A DNA stretch of 64,000 nt from Candidatus Eiseniibacteriota bacterium. Lineage in GTDB: Bacteria > Eisenbacteria > RBG-16-71-46 > CAIMUX01 > VGJL01. Below are positions 48,123 to 58,299 of this stretch, one piece after another. The stretch is from positions 32,001-96,000 of the forward strand of contig CAWBWI010000005.1 in assembly GCA_963792585.1 (NCBI GenBank), in the 5' to 3' direction. Within the stretch, counting starts at the first letter, position 1; every line of letters starts with the position of its first letter. Made by a program: the position numbers and the translations under genes. A model generated the notes under the pieces. The model searched no databases and was not told where the DNA came from. It saw only the letters and a program-made list of their open reading frames with translations.

Positions 48123-49343
48123 ATGATCCGCTTGTGTATCCTCTCGATCGCGATTGCCGGCCTCCTTGGAGCGTCGCTCGGCATCGTATCCACCGCCCAG
48201 GGACAGATCCCCTACCCTTATCTCGCCATGAGCGTGCGGCCTGACAGCCCGGCCAACACGTGCGCCAACGCCCCGCCGCCTTGCGAGGGCGCAGCGCGGG
48301 TTCTGACCACGGGCCGGTACGAGTTCGATCTCTACCGGGTCACCGACTATGGCGAAGACGCCTCGGACAGGGCCCGCCTCTGCTTGGTCTGGCCCGCAGC
48401 GTGGAGCTTCGTCTCCGCCGAACTTTGTGAAGGGTCCCTCGTCTCCGGCGATCCGAGCGTGCCGGGAGCGCAAATGGAGTTTGCATTCCAGGACTGCTTT
48501 GCTGGCGGGACTCCATTCCTGCGGATCGTCATGGATTGCCCGACACCCGGCAGCTTCGCGGCGGCCTGCAGTCCCACCGCGCACGGATGCTGGACCAACG
48601 AGTGGGTGGAGGAATCCTACCCCCTGAGTTGCGACGTCGGCGACTGGTGCGGCCGCCTCCCCAAGCACCCCTGCAACTGGTGCTCGATGAGTTACCGGCA
48701 GGCGGCGGGATTCGATCCACCGAATCTCGAACTCACGCTGCCGTCCGGGCAAACCTGGACCGAGGTCCTGTACGTATGGGGCGATCTGGGTCCCGACTGC
48801 GGAGGCGCGCCCGAGTGCGGTGAAGGCTACGGCCGCTGCTTCGACGGGCTCCGTGCGGACGTTTCTTGGATGACGCCCAGCGTAGCCTGGCCACCAGGCG
48901 ACGGGTTCCGCCACATCGCCTATGCACTGCACGTCAACACTCTCGGCCTCGCGCCCGGACGCCACGAAGGGAACATCCTCTCCAGCCCCGGCTGCAGTTG
49001 GTGCATCGAGAATTGCATGCCGGTGACCCTCAACGTGCTGGATCCCGCGGCCGTGGACGCGACCGTCCCGACGCAGGGCGCGCGCCTCGATGGTCCCTAT
49101 CCAAACCCTGCCACGGACCGCTTCGCGTACGCGATCACGGCAGCCGCCCCGACGCGCGCGCGGGTTGCGATCTTCGATATCGCCGGCCGGCGCGTTGCCG
49201 AACTCCTCGACCGTGACCTGACGGCGGGGTCCCACGACTTCACATGGACCGCTCAAGGAGATGATCTGCCGAGCGGGTCCTACGTCTTGCGACTGGAGAC
49301 CGACGGGGCCCGGCAGTTGCGTCTGATCGTCCTCGCGCGCTGA
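48123..49343 (+). CDS. Secreted cysteine-rich protein with FlgD/T9SS-like tail
   Basis: GAGGAGG RBS, signal peptide, 18 Cys in the mature region, and tail YPNP...FDIAGR...LPSGSY..RL. Confidence 0.8.
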   Translation: MIRLCILSIAIAGLLGASLGIVSTAQGQIPYPYLAMSVRPDSPANTCANAPPPCEGAARVLTTGRYEFDLYRVTDYGEDASDRARLCLVWPAAWSFVSAELCEGSLVSGDPSVPGAQMEFAFQDCFAGGTPFLRIVMDCPTPGSFAAACSPTAHGCWTNEWVEESYPLSCDVGDWCGRLPKHPCNWCSMSYRQAAGFDPPNLELTLPSGQTWTEVLYVWGDLGPDCGGAPECGEGYGRCFDGLRADVSWMTPSVAWPPGDGFRHIAYALHVNTLGLAPGRHEGNILSSPGCSWCIENCMPVTLNVLDPAAVDATVPTQGARLDGPYPNPATDRFAYAITAAAPTRARVAIFDIAGRRVAELLDRDLTAGSHDFTWTAQGDDLPSGSYVLRLETDGARQLRLIVLAR

Positions 49344-49382
49344 CGGACCGGCCATCCCGGCCCGGTCGCACGGTTCGAAACG

Positions 49383-49407
49383 GCCGCCGCCTCCCCGAGG
49401 CGGCGGC
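49383..49407 (+). terminator. GC-rich hairpin after the Cys-rich gene
   Basis: GCCGCCGCCTC-ccc-GAGGCGGCGGC forms an 11-bp perfect stem; weak U-tract. Confidence 0.5.
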
Positions 49408-49414
49408 TGTGCCC

Positions 49415-49443
49415 TTGACATCTCACGGCGGGGATCGGAGATT
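49415..49443 (+). promoter_or_regulatory. Possible sigma70 promoter of phhA
   Basis: TTGACA-N17-GAGATT, about 50 bp upstream of ATG 49494. Confidence 0.4.
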
Positions 49444-49493
49444 AACCCGTTCCACGGATTCCTCCGCGAGGCCTTTGCAGGGAGAGCGCGCCG

Positions 49494-51248
49494 ATGGCCC
49501 AAACCAAACCTCCACCGCTCGAGACGATTCCCCCGCACCTGGGGGTTTACCTCTCGAAGCAGGACTACGGGCTCTACACGCCGATCGATCACGCGGCATG
49601 GCGGTTCATCCTGCGCATCGGCAGAGCGTTCTATGCGACGCACGCCCACCCGAAGTACATGGAGGGTCTTCAGGAAACCGGCATCTCCACCGAGCGAATC
49701 CCGAGGATCGAGGAGATGGATGCGGCCCTGCGGCGCTTCGGTTGGCGCGCCGTCCCGGTGATCGGCTTCATCCCGCCTGCAGCGTTCCTCGAGTTCCAGT
49801 CGCACGGCCTCCTCCCGATCGCCTGCGACATGCGCAAGGCCGAGCACCTCGAGTACACCCCCGCGCCCGACATCGTCCACGAGGCTGCCGGCCACGCGCC
49901 GATCATCGCCGACCCCGCCTTCGCAGCCTACCTGCGTAGCTACGGCGAGGTCTCCCGCCGGGCCATCTTCTCGAAGGAGAACATGGGGATCTACCGCGCC
50001 GTCCGCCGTCTCTCCGACACGAAGGAGCGGCCCGACGCCACGCCCGAGGACATCGCCTCGGCGCAGAGGGAACTCGACGCGCGCCTCTCCGAGGTCACGT
50101 ACGACAGCGAGGTCGACTGGGTCACACGCCTCGGCTGGTGGACGACGGAGTATGGTCTCGTCGGCGATCTCGACAACTTCCAGATCTACGGCGCGGGGCT
50201 CCTCTCCTCGATCGGAGAGGGCTACAAGTGCTTCTCCGCCGCGGTCCGCAAGCTCCCCCTCACGATCGATTGCATCCATCAGTCCTTCAATATCACCGAG
50301 CCGCAGCCGCAGCTCTTCGTGACGCCGACCTTCGAGCACCTGACCCACGTCCTGGATGAGTTGGCCTCGCGGATGGCCTTCCGCATCGGGGGCGTTCACG
50401 GACTCGAGACGGCGCGCCGCGGGGAGACCGTCGTCACCGTCGAGCTCGACAGCGGCCTCCAGATGAGCGGGACCCTGTCCACATTCCGCCTCGATGACGC
50501 CGGCATGCCGTCCCTTCTGCGCTTCAGCGGTCCCGTGCAACTCGCGCGGGGCGATGTCCAGATCCCCGGCCAGGATCCCGGATACCACTCCGACGGATAC
50601 AGCTCCCCCATCGGTCTCCTGCGCGGAGAGCGCGCGAGCGCCGCCGAACTCTCGGATGCGGAACTCGAGACCCGCGGATTCGGCGCCGATCGCAGGGGGC
50701 GTTTCGAGTTCGCCTCCGGAATCGTCCTCGAGGGACGCCTCGTCGCCAAAGTCCGCGATGGAGGGCGCAATCAAATCCTCACGTTTGCGGAGTGCACCGT
50801 TCGCGCGGGGGACGAGATCCTCTTCGATCCGGCGTGGGGACCTTTCGATCTCGCCTGCGGGGGATCGGTGGCCAGCGTCTTCGGTGGCGCCGCCGACCGT
50901 CACGCATACATGGTCGCGCTCGGGGAGTACCACTACGAGCCGGGAACCCACAAGACGAATCTCACCGCGGCCAACGAGGGGCTGAACCGCCTCTACGCCC
51001 GTCTGCGAGAGATCCGCGAAGGCGGCCTCGCCCCGCGGCGCCCCGAGGAACTCGCTGCGATCGCGCGCGAACTCGAGGAGGCCTATCCGAACGACTGGTT
51101 GCTACGATGGGAGATGCTCGAGATCGACCGGGATCTCGGATTCCATGCGGCCTGGGCGCCAATGCTGCGCGGGCGCCTCGATGCAATCCGAACCGACCAA
51201 CCCGCGGCCGCGGAGAGTATCGAGCGGGGCCTCGCGCTGCTCGCCTGA
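49494..51248 (+). CDS. phhA: Aromatic amino acid hydroxylase (long-form phenylalanine 4-monooxygenase)
   Basis: YTPAPDIVHEAAGH (iron ligands), WWTTEYGL, IYGAGLLSSIGE and ITEPQPQLFV; long C-terminal extension. Confidence 0.9.
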   Translation: MAQTKPPPLETIPPHLGVYLSKQDYGLYTPIDHAAWRFILRIGRAFYATHAHPKYMEGLQETGISTERIPRIEEMDAALRRFGWRAVPVIGFIPPAAFLEFQSHGLLPIACDMRKAEHLEYTPAPDIVHEAAGHAPIIADPAFAAYLRSYGEVSRRAIFSKENMGIYRAVRRLSDTKERPDATPEDIASAQRELDARLSEVTYDSEVDWVTRLGWWTTEYGLVGDLDNFQIYGAGLLSSIGEGYKCFSAAVRKLPLTIDCIHQSFNITEPQPQLFVTPTFEHLTHVLDELASRMAFRIGGVHGLETARRGETVVTVELDSGLQMSGTLSTFRLDDAGMPSLLRFSGPVQLARGDVQIPGQDPGYHSDGYSSPIGLLRGERASAAELSDAELETRGFGADRRGRFEFASGIVLEGRLVAKVRDGGRNQILTFAECTVRAGDEILFDPAWGPFDLACGGSVASVFGGAADRHAYMVALGEYHYEPGTHKTNLTAANEGLNRLYARLREIREGGLAPRRPEELAAIARELEEAYPNDWLLRWEMLEIDRDLGFHAAWAPMLRGRLDAIRTDQPAAAESIERGLALLA

Positions 51249-51286
51249 TCCCCGCCGGCCTTCGGGAACCCGAAAGGACCCGAACG

Positions 51287-51712
51287 ATGAAGCCTGAGGT
51301 TCTTGCGATCGTGACGGCGGCGGCCTGGGGAATCGGCGGCTACTTCGAGAAGAAGGGGCTGCACCTCGGTCATCTCTCCCCGCAGGTCGGCATCACGCTG
51401 CGGACCGCGGTGGCACTGGTGATCCTGGGGGCCATCAGCGCGCCGCAACTACGCACGCTCTCCCACGCCGGACCCCGTGCGCTCACGATGATGATCCTCG
51501 GAGGGGGCGTCGTCGCGGGCGCGGTCGGGATGCTCTGCTTCTATGCGGCGATCAAGGGCGCCCCGCTCTCGCGCGTGATGCCCATCGCTTTCACCTCTCC
51601 CCTCTTCGGCGCACTCATGGGGGTTCTGCTGGGGGGCGAGCACCTGACCGTCAAGACGGTGATCGGGATTCTCATGAGCGTCGGCGGGATCGTTCTGCTG
51701 ACGATCGGGTGA
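51287..51712 (+). CDS. EamA/DMT family small transporter
   Basis: About 5 TM helices; AAAWG..FEKKGL and FYAAIK..PLSRVMPI. Confidence 0.85.
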   Translation: MKPEVLAIVTAAAWGIGGYFEKKGLHLGHLSPQVGITLRTAVALVILGAISAPQLRTLSHAGPRALTMMILGGGVVAGAVGMLCFYAAIKGAPLSRVMPIAFTSPLFGALMGVLLGGEHLTVKTVIGILMSVGGIVLLTIG

Positions 51713-53288
51713 CCTCCGACTCCCCCTGGGGCCGCCGCCATTCCAGCATGAGCAGGTCTCCATATGCGTGGAGAGGATCGGCGCGGTAGCCGATCGCGCC
51801 GGGACCGACTCCGTCGATCCGAGCCCTGCGCTCGACGAAGATGCATGTCGCGAGCGAGCGGGCGCGCCGGTCGACGCGCTCCCAGACCCCGGACACGGTA
51901 TCGGCTGCCGGGGAGCGGGCCAAGGCGACCAGACTGTCGGTCCGCGTGTCGGAGAGGCCGGACACATTCGCCGAGCCTCCCGTTCGCCAGATCTCTCCCA
52001 CGTCGCCCGTCGCGGGGATCGTCCAGCCGATGACCGTTGCGTCGAAGATTCTTCCCGCGATCCGCGCGGCGCAATCCGGGGCCGGCAAGGGACGCAGTCG
52101 GCAGGCGACGCCGAGGTGATCGAGTTGCAGCGCCGCATCGACTGCGATGCGCTCGTCGCGGGCATTCGCCGCGTCGTAGAGAATCTCGAGCGATGGCGAT
52201 CCGAGGAGGGCGAAGGGAGCATCCATACTGTCTGCGGGGACCCCCGTCGCCCCGCTGTCCGGAGGCAGGCCTAGGATGCCGGAGCAGAACCCCACCGCAT
52301 CGACTGCCTCGTCGTCGGCGGCGGCACGACGGAGCTTCCGCGGATCCAGCCGCGCTTGCGAGAGGTGGCGAAGGTCCCAACGTCCCCAGATCGGATGATC
52401 GAGGTTGAAGGCGAGCGCCTCGACGGCGACGGCGCCCGCGCGCACGAGCCGGATCTCGTTCGATCCCTCCTCGCGGAGACGGTTGACCTCTTCGATCGGT
52501 AGGTCGATCGCGATGTCCGCGAGCCCTTGCTCGATCTGAAACGCGCGGCTTCGACCGGCCGGAACGAACCGGATCAGGAGCCGGTCGGCGCGGGGAATGC
52601 GACCTTCCGGCGGATAGGGGTGACGCGCGAGCCGAATCGATTCCCCCTGCTTCCACTCCTCGACACGGAAAGGTCCCGCCGCGTTGACGGGCCGGCCCGG
52701 CTCGCCGAGGACGGGACGCCGATCCTTGGTCTTTTCGTACTGCTCGGCCTCGATCAGGGGCAGCGCGGCAAGCTGCAGCGCCCGTTGCCGCGATACGGGC
52801 CGTCGAAACGTGAAGAGAACGACCCCCTGCACGCCGCCCGGGGCTTCGACCGAGGCGATGTCCGACAACCTCGCGGACCAGTCGCCGCCGAGGGTGGGAT
52901 CGCGGTAGAGGCGATAGCTCGTGACGACATCCTGGGCGCCGACGTAGGTCGTGTCTTCCCACATCCGGCTGCCGAGATAGAAGCGCACCGCACGGCCGCC
53001 CTCCTCCATCTCCCAGGACGAAGCCAGATCGCCGACGAAGCGCCCCGCGCCGAGCGATTCGGCCTCCACGCGGACCAGGGACGGGAGGATCCACGGCCAT
53101 ATCGCCGCCGAGGCGGAACTGCGCGCAAAGGGAGGAACGAGCTGGTCGGGCTCCTCTGCAACGGCGACGACGAGCATCTGCGGGCGGGCGGCGAGCGCAT
53201 CGACGGCGGAAGCGCGATCCGCGTCCCCACCATCGCGGTGCGAACAGGAGACGATCCACAGCGTGAGAAGGGGCAGGACCCTTCTCAC
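51672..53288 (-). CDS. ABC transporter substrate-binding lipoprotein (family 5, divergent)
   Basis: Lipobox [14 protein letters not shown]...V.AQDVV.S and [18 protein letters not shown] start overlaps the aroC stop. Confidence 0.82.
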   Translation of the reverse strand: MRRVLPLLTLWIVSCSHRDGGDADRASAVDALAARPQMLVVAVAEEPDQLVPPFARSSASAAIWPWILPSLVRVEAESLGAGRFVGDLASSWEMEEGGRAVRFYLGSRMWEDTTYVGAQDVVTSYRLYRDPTLGGDWSARLSDIASVEAPGGVQGVVLFTFRRPVSRQRALQLAALPLIEAEQYEKTKDRRPVLGEPGRPVNAAGPFRVEEWKQGESIRLARHPYPPEGRIPRADRLLIRFVPAGRSRAFQIEQGLADIAIDLPIEEVNRLREEGSNEIRLVRAGAVAVEALAFNLDHPIWGRWDLRHLSQARLDPRKLRRAAADDEAVDAVGFCSGILGLPPDSGATGVPADSMDAPFALLGSPSLEILYDAANARDERIAVDAALQLDHLGVACRLRPLPAPDCAARIAGRIFDATVIGWTIPATGDVGEIWRTGGSANVSGLSDTRTDSLVALARSPAADTVSGVWERVDRRARSLATCIFVERRARIDGVGPGAIGYRADPLHAYGDLLMLEWRRPQGESEVTRSSAERSRRRS

Positions 53289-54394
53289 CGGAGCGCCTCG
53301 TCGATTCGCGCCGCGGCGCCGTCCAGCGCGACCTGCCGGAGCCAGTGATCGGCCAGGACGATCGCGGCCATCGCCTCGACGATCGGGACAGCGCGCGGCA
53401 GGACGCACGGATCGTGGCGTCCCGTCGCCTCGAGCGTCCGCGGGCGTCCCTGCTCGTCCACCGTCTCCTGCGGTTTCCGAATCGTCGCGGTCGGCTTGAA
53501 GGCCACCCGTATGAGGATCGCTTCCCCGTTGGAGATCCCACCCTGGATCCCGCCACTATGGTTGGTGCGGGTCCGCACGCGATCTCCCTCGACGTAGAAG
53601 GGATCGTTGTGCGCGGAACCGGTGAGACGCGTTCCCTCGAAGCCCGAACCGATTTCGAATCCCTTGGCCGCGGGAAGCGACAGCATGCCGCGCGCGAGGT
53701 CGGCCTCGAGCTTGTCGAAGACCGGCTCGCCCAAACCGGCGGGCACATTACGGGCGACCAAGGAGACGATTCCGCCGAGCGAATCCCCTTCGCGGCGGGC
53801 CTGCTCGATCCTTTCCTCCATCCGGGCGGCGGCATCGGGCACGGGACAACGGGTCGGGTGAGCTTCGACCTCTGCGCGCGTCAAGGTCGCGGCGTCCGCC
53901 TCCGCAGTGATCCCTCCCGCCTCCGAGACCCATCCGACGATCTCGATCCCCGCCACGATGCCGAGCAGCTTCTCGGCGATCGCGCCCGCGGCGACCCGTC
54001 CAACCGTCTCGCGCGCGCTGGCGCGTCCTCCGCCTTGCCAATTGCGGATTCCAAACTTCGTCTGGTACGTGAAGTCTCCGTGCGAAGGGCGGTAAACCTC
54101 CCGGAAGGGGCTGTAGGCTTCGGGTCGAGCGTCGGTGTTCTCGACGATGAGCAGGATCGGGCTCCCGAGGGTTCGTCCCTCGAAGACCCCGGAGAGGATC
54201 CGCACGCGGTCGTCCTCGCGTCTCTGGGAGGTGAGGAGGCTCTGACCGGGCTTCCTACGATCGAGGCTGGGTTGGATGTCCGCCTCGCTGAGGGGAAGCC
54301 GAGGAGGGCAACCGTCCACGACGGCCCCGACCGCTCCGCCGTGACTCTCTCCCCAGGTCGTCACTCGATAGAGGGTGCCGAAACTACTCGCCAT
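53285..54394 (-). CDS. aroC: Chorismate synthase
   Basis: [35 protein letters not shown] and GRHDPCV. Confidence 0.97.
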   Translation of the reverse strand: MASSFGTLYRVTTWGESHGGAVGAVVDGCPPRLPLSEADIQPSLDRRKPGQSLLTSQRREDDRVRILSGVFEGRTLGSPILLIVENTDARPEAYSPFREVYRPSHGDFTYQTKFGIRNWQGGGRASARETVGRVAAGAIAEKLLGIVAGIEIVGWVSEAGGITAEADAATLTRAEVEAHPTRCPVPDAAARMEERIEQARREGDSLGGIVSLVARNVPAGLGEPVFDKLEADLARGMLSLPAAKGFEIGSGFEGTRLTGSAHNDPFYVEGDRVRTRTNHSGGIQGGISNGEAILIRVAFKPTATIRKPQETVDEQGRPRTLEATGRHDPCVLPRAVPIVEAMAAIVLADHWLRQVALDGAAARIDEALR

Positions 54395-54520
54395 CGATCG
54401 TTCTCCAAGCCCGACCAACCGGGCCCACCCACAGTACCACGCCCCGGCGGTGGGGTCGCTCGGGATGCGCGCCGCCCATGGGGTGAGCGGACGGGGCCGG
54501 CGTGGTAGACTGCGCGCGCC

Positions 54521-55036
54521 ATGCAGAGCGCCTCCTACTGGATCGAGCGGCTCCAACTCACCCCTCACCCGGAGGGGGGCTACTTCATCGAAACCTATCG
54601 TTCCGCGCACATGCTCGCCACTGCGCACCTGCCCGCCGCCTACGATGCGCCGCGAGCCATGGCGACCGCGATCTACTTCCTTCTGGAAGGCGGCGACTTC
54701 TCCGCCTTCCACCGGCTCAAGGGGGACGAGATCTGGCATCACTACGAGGGCAGTCCGCTGACGGTCCATCGGATCTCCCCGGATGGAACGCTCATGCAAT
54801 CGAGCCTTGGCCGCGATCCCGACGCAGGGCAGGACCTCCAACTCCTGATCCCCGCGGGAACCTGGTTCGCCGCGACCGTGGACGACCCGTCCGGCTACGG
54901 CCTCGTCGGCTGCACGATGACCCCCGGATTCGCATTTCCGGATCTCGAGCTGGGGGACCGGGACGCCCTGCTTCGATCCTTCCCACGCCATCGGGCCCTG
55001 ATCGAAAGGCTCACGCGTCCAGGCCGAGGCAATTGA
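54521..55036 (+). CDS. Cupin domain protein (DUF985/Cupin_5)
   Basis: [28 protein letters not shown] and [10 protein letters not shown]. Confidence 0.92.
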   Translation: MQSASYWIERLQLTPHPEGGYFIETYRSAHMLATAHLPAAYDAPRAMATAIYFLLEGGDFSAFHRLKGDEIWHHYEGSPLTVHRISPDGTLMQSSLGRDPDAGQDLQLLIPAGTWFAATVDDPSGYGLVGCTMTPGFAFPDLELGDRDALLRSFPRHRALIERLTRPGRGN

Positions 55037-55269
55037 CGCAACCACCCGGTTTCGCTTGCGTTTCGGGTCGGGATGTGCGATCGTAGCGGCGTTCCGCTGC
55101 GTTGGGCCGCGCGGCGGAGCTTCAAGCCAGTGGCCCGAACTGATATTGTTTAGCCCCGGGAATCTGTTTGGAAGTCGACCTAAGCCGCTTCTGTCTCGCG
55201 TCTTCGGCCCGTTCCCTGTCCCTGGAGCCTCAGACAATGTCACTGTCCAGTTTTCGAAGGAGGAACCCG

Positions 55270-55617
55270 ATGGGTTCGAAGATCTATGTGGGTGGCCTGC
55301 CGTATTCGGCGACGGAGGAGCAGCTTGCGGAGCTCTTCTCGCCGTTCGGCACGGTCGAGTCCGCGCGTGTGATCACCGACAAGTTTACCGGGCAGTCGCG
55401 CGGTTTCGGCTTCGTTGAGATGTCCAATGCCGAGGAGGCCAAGAGGGCAATCGCGGCCCTGAACGCCACCCAGATGAATGGACGGACGTTGACAGTGAAT
55501 GAGGCGAGACCGCAGGAGCCGCGCACCGGCGGCGGCGGTCACGGGGGCGGTGGCGGAGGTGGTTGTCGTGGCGGCGGCGGTGGCGCCGGCGGCGGTGGCG
55601 GCCGGGACCGCTGGTAA
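55270..55617 (+). CDS. RRM RNA-binding protein with Gly-rich tail
   Basis: RNP2 IYVGGL, RNP1 RGFGFVEM and [20 protein letters not shown]. Confidence 0.95.
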   Translation: MGSKIYVGGLPYSATEEQLAELFSPFGTVESARVITDKFTGQSRGFGFVEMSNAEEAKRAIAALNATQMNGRTLTVNEARPQEPRTGGGGHGGGGGGGCRGGGGGAGGGGGRDRW

Positions 55618-55727
55618 GAGCAATCGACTGAGCGCAGCTTCTTTGGGGCCGCCGGTGTGACAGCCGGCGGTCCCGTTCAATTCCTCCCGCAGCGACAGCA
55701 CGATCATCCCGGCCTGGTAATTTGGAA

Positions 55728-55763
55728 ACCGGAGCGGCCTTGATCGCCGCTCCGGTCTTCTTT
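55728..55763 (+). terminator. Intrinsic terminator between convergent genes
   Basis: ACCGGAGCGGC-cttgatc-GCCGCTCCGGT followed by CTTCTTT. Confidence 0.7.
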
Positions 55764-55832
55764 GCGTGCGACGGGTTGCCGCTTGCGCGGTCCGCCGATT
55801 CCTCATGCAGACAGCTGTGTCGCGCGCGCCGC

Positions 55833-56588
55833 CTATGCGGAGCGACGACGACGGGCCAGCACGCCGCCAAGCAGCCCGCCGCCGAGAAGCAGCAGCGAAG
55901 TGGGCTCCGGAACCGGTGTCACGAGGTCGCCATCCACGCGTGCCCACTCTTCGAAGCCGGCGTTGGAAGCATAGGCTCCGCCGGCGGCGCCGAACTGGGA
56001 ATACAGATAGAGGTACTTGTCCTGTTGCCCACTGAACAGATTGTAAGGAAGGTAGGCAAGCATGTCGCCCGCCCCGCTGCCGGACTCCAGGGCGTAGTTC
56101 AGGTTGACCCTGTTTCCGATCCCCATGTCATACAGCAGCGTTCCGTTCGCGTTCAGCTGGCTCAGACTGGTGTAGTCCTTGCTCGCAGCCGCGTAGACCT
56201 TGAATCCATCCATGGACAGCAGGGGCTCGTGGTTCGTTTGGTTGATATCGAGCAGGAACCGGATCGACTCCACGCCATTGAAATCGACCGTGCCGAAATC
56301 GCTGACGCGGATGGAGTGGGTCCAGTTCCCCGACTTCTCATCCAGCAGATACGGACCGTCCGAATTGATGCCCCTCTCCGAGTCGTGCTTCTGGACGCGG
56401 AGGAAGGGGTCGATCACGCCGGTTCCGGTCGACCGATTGCTGACCTGGATGAAGGAAGCGCTGCCAATCATCCCGCTCGCGCCGAGCGTGGTCAGATCGA
56501 CCATCAATGCCGCGGCGGGTGACACCGCTGCGGCTGCTGCGCAACCCACGAGCATTGCGATCATTGAAATCTTGGTGAAGTTCGTCAT
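55833..56588 (-). CDS. PEP-CTERM sorting domain protein
   Basis: Signal peptide; C-terminal VPEPTSLLLLGGGLLGGVLARRRRSA. Confidence 0.92.
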   Translation of the reverse strand: MTNFTKISMIAMLVGCAAAAAVSPAAALMVDLTTLGASGMIGSASFIQVSNRSTGTGVIDPFLRVQKHDSERGINSDGPYLLDEKSGNWTHSIRVSDFGTVDFNGVESIRFLLDINQTNHEPLLSMDGFKVYAAASKDYTSLSQLNANGTLLYDMGIGNRVNLNYALESGSGAGDMLAYLPYNLFSGQQDKYLYLYSQFGAAGGAYASNAGFEEWARVDGDLVTPVPEPTSLLLLGGGLLGGVLARRRRSA

Positions 56589-56714
56589 ATCCGACTGCCC
56601 CCTGTCGCCATACCTACCACTCGCAGTGGTCGGGCGGTATCGACGCGTTTTGAGCCAGGCGTTCCGGGCAAGGGAGCCTCGGTCACGACCTGGGTTCTCG
56701 GTGCCTGCCTCGAG

Positions 56715-56731
56715 TGCATACTATGAGCCAA
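56715..56731 (-). promoter_or_regulatory. Sigma54 (-24/-12) promoter of the leftward PEP-CTERM gene
   Basis: Minus strand TTGGCTCATAGTATGCA has GG-N10-GC spacing, about 125 bp upstream of the start codon. Confidence 0.6.
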
Positions 56732-57112
56732 TGTTATTCGCGAATCAAGATTATCTGGAGGCCGTCCAGATTTTCCCCAGATTCGGTTCATTACTCGTCG
56801 GAGCGGCGGCGTCCGAGACACATCCTCGAACCGGCCTCTACAACCGCCCCCCTCCACCCGCCCATGGATCGGACCGTCCAGCAGCATCATTCAGGTCCAA
56901 ACGACTGGGCCGCAGAACGGCTGACGACTCCCCTGCAACTCGACTCGGTCACGTGAGCCTACCTATCCTGATCAAACATCACGAGTTCCGGGCCGACCGT
57001 CGAGACCGGCGTCTCCTCATCCCGAAAGAATCCCCGAGAATCCTCCAGACGACCCTCATTTTGGAGAGAGGGCTAACCTGCACACCCACTTCGCATTGGG
57101 AGAACTCGCCTC

Positions 57113-57141
57113 TTGACAACGGGGCCCGGGAGTGCCACAAT
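57113..57141 (+). promoter_or_regulatory. Sigma70-type promoter facing the rightward PEP-CTERM gene
   Basis: TTGACA-N17-CACAAT with an extended -10 TG. Confidence 0.55.
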
Positions 57142-57363
57142 AGGTCTGTGTTGTCGGATTCGATTCTCTAACATCCTATCCGAACACAAGCCTACCTGCG
57201 GTTTCTCCCTGGTCTTTGTACGGGGAATTCCGATAGGTGGTTTGCATCGGATATGTCGGTAACGCGGCGATATCGTCGCGTTTCTGGCATGAACAGCGGG
57301 CGCGTGAACGTTCCAGCGTGCCGCGAGCACATGAACGCGCAGCCCGCATCCTTAAGGAGGACC

Positions 57364-58053
57364 ATGGTGAAGTTGATACTGACCCTCATGGCGGTGATCG
57401 CACTCGCGACGGCAGTCACTCCGGCAGAAGCTTTCGTCCTGGGCCTGGATTGGGGAGTCATGGATCGGAACACCCGCTACGACATCTACGTGCAGAGTCT
57501 CGGCGGGTGGTTCAACAATCCTGTCCTGGCGGGGAGCTTCAACGGCTACAGCGGGGGCTCGTTGGGCGGTCCGCTGCCTCCGAACGATGGGACCTACTTC
57601 GGCAAGCTGTACTGCGTCGACCTCAGTCACTGGATCGAGATCCCGACGGAGTACGAAGTGAGTTCCGAGCCTCTCGGGAATTTGCAGAATGGGCAGCGGG
57701 CAGCCTGGCTCGTCAACAACAAGCTCGCGAGCGTCGGCAACAACACCGACAAGTCCGCGGGTCTTCAGCTGGCGATCTGGAACGCCGTCTACGACAACGA
57801 CTTTACGCTCGGCGCCGGCAGTTTCAAGGCGACCGGCGGCCACTCGACCGCGCGGGCCTATGCGAGCAACTTCCTCGCGGAGATGCAGAACCAGGGCCCG
57901 ATCACGGGTGAGACTGCGACGTACCTGAATGCCACCAGCAACTATGGTCAGGACCTGATCACGCCGGTCCCTGAGCCCGCGAGCCTCATGCTTCTGGGCC
58001 TCGGCCTCGGCGCTGCAGGTCTGGTTTCGAAGCGCAAGAAGGCGCGCGGATAG
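57364..58053 (+). CDS. PEP-CTERM sorting domain protein (thioester-domain-like YCVD..., QLAIW)
   Basis: TAAGGAGG RBS, signal peptide, LYCVDL, LQLAIW, and C-terminal VPEPASLMLLGLGLGAAGLVSKRKKARG. Confidence 0.92.
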   Translation: MVKLILTLMAVIALATAVTPAEAFVLGLDWGVMDRNTRYDIYVQSLGGWFNNPVLAGSFNGYSGGSLGGPLPPNDGTYFGKLYCVDLSHWIEIPTEYEVSSEPLGNLQNGQRAAWLVNNKLASVGNNTDKSAGLQLAIWNAVYDNDFTLGAGSFKATGGHSTARAYASNFLAEMQNQGPITGETATYLNATSNYGQDLITPVPEPASLMLLGLGLGAAGLVSKRKKARG

Positions 58054-58074
58054 CCGTCGCGTCCGGCTGGAATC

Positions 58075-58111
58075 AAACCGTCGGATCCCTCACGGGATCC
58101 GGCGGTTTGTT
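58075..58111 (+). terminator. Intrinsic terminator
   Basis: AAACCGTCGGATCCC-tcac-GGGATCCGGCGGTTT followed by GTT, just after the PEP-CTERM stop. Confidence 0.75.
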
Positions 58112-58299
58112 GCTTAAGTGCCGCGACACGCCCCCTCTGGGTGCACGGCCCGCAAGACGCAGAGCGTCGATCACGGCAAATGGAGAAGCGGGCCCTGTGG
58201 GGCGTGGGCGGCCCGACAACCCTTGACCCGATCGACCGCGTCGCCTACGAATCGTGGATCGACTGCAAACGCCTCACCCGAACGAACACGGAGGTCTTC

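Noticed and set aside
48084..50951. 955-aa minus-strand ORF
   Set aside because: Antisense to the Cys-rich gene and phhA, with no domain signature; consistent with stop-codon scarcity at high GC.
55527..55605. GGC/GGT microsatellite
   Set aside because: Encodes the Gly-rich tail of the RRM protein.
57284..57300. Sigma54 promoter for the rightward PEP-CTERM gene (TGGCATGAACAGCG)
   Set aside because: GG-to-GC spacing is 8 rather than 10 and there is no TTGC.
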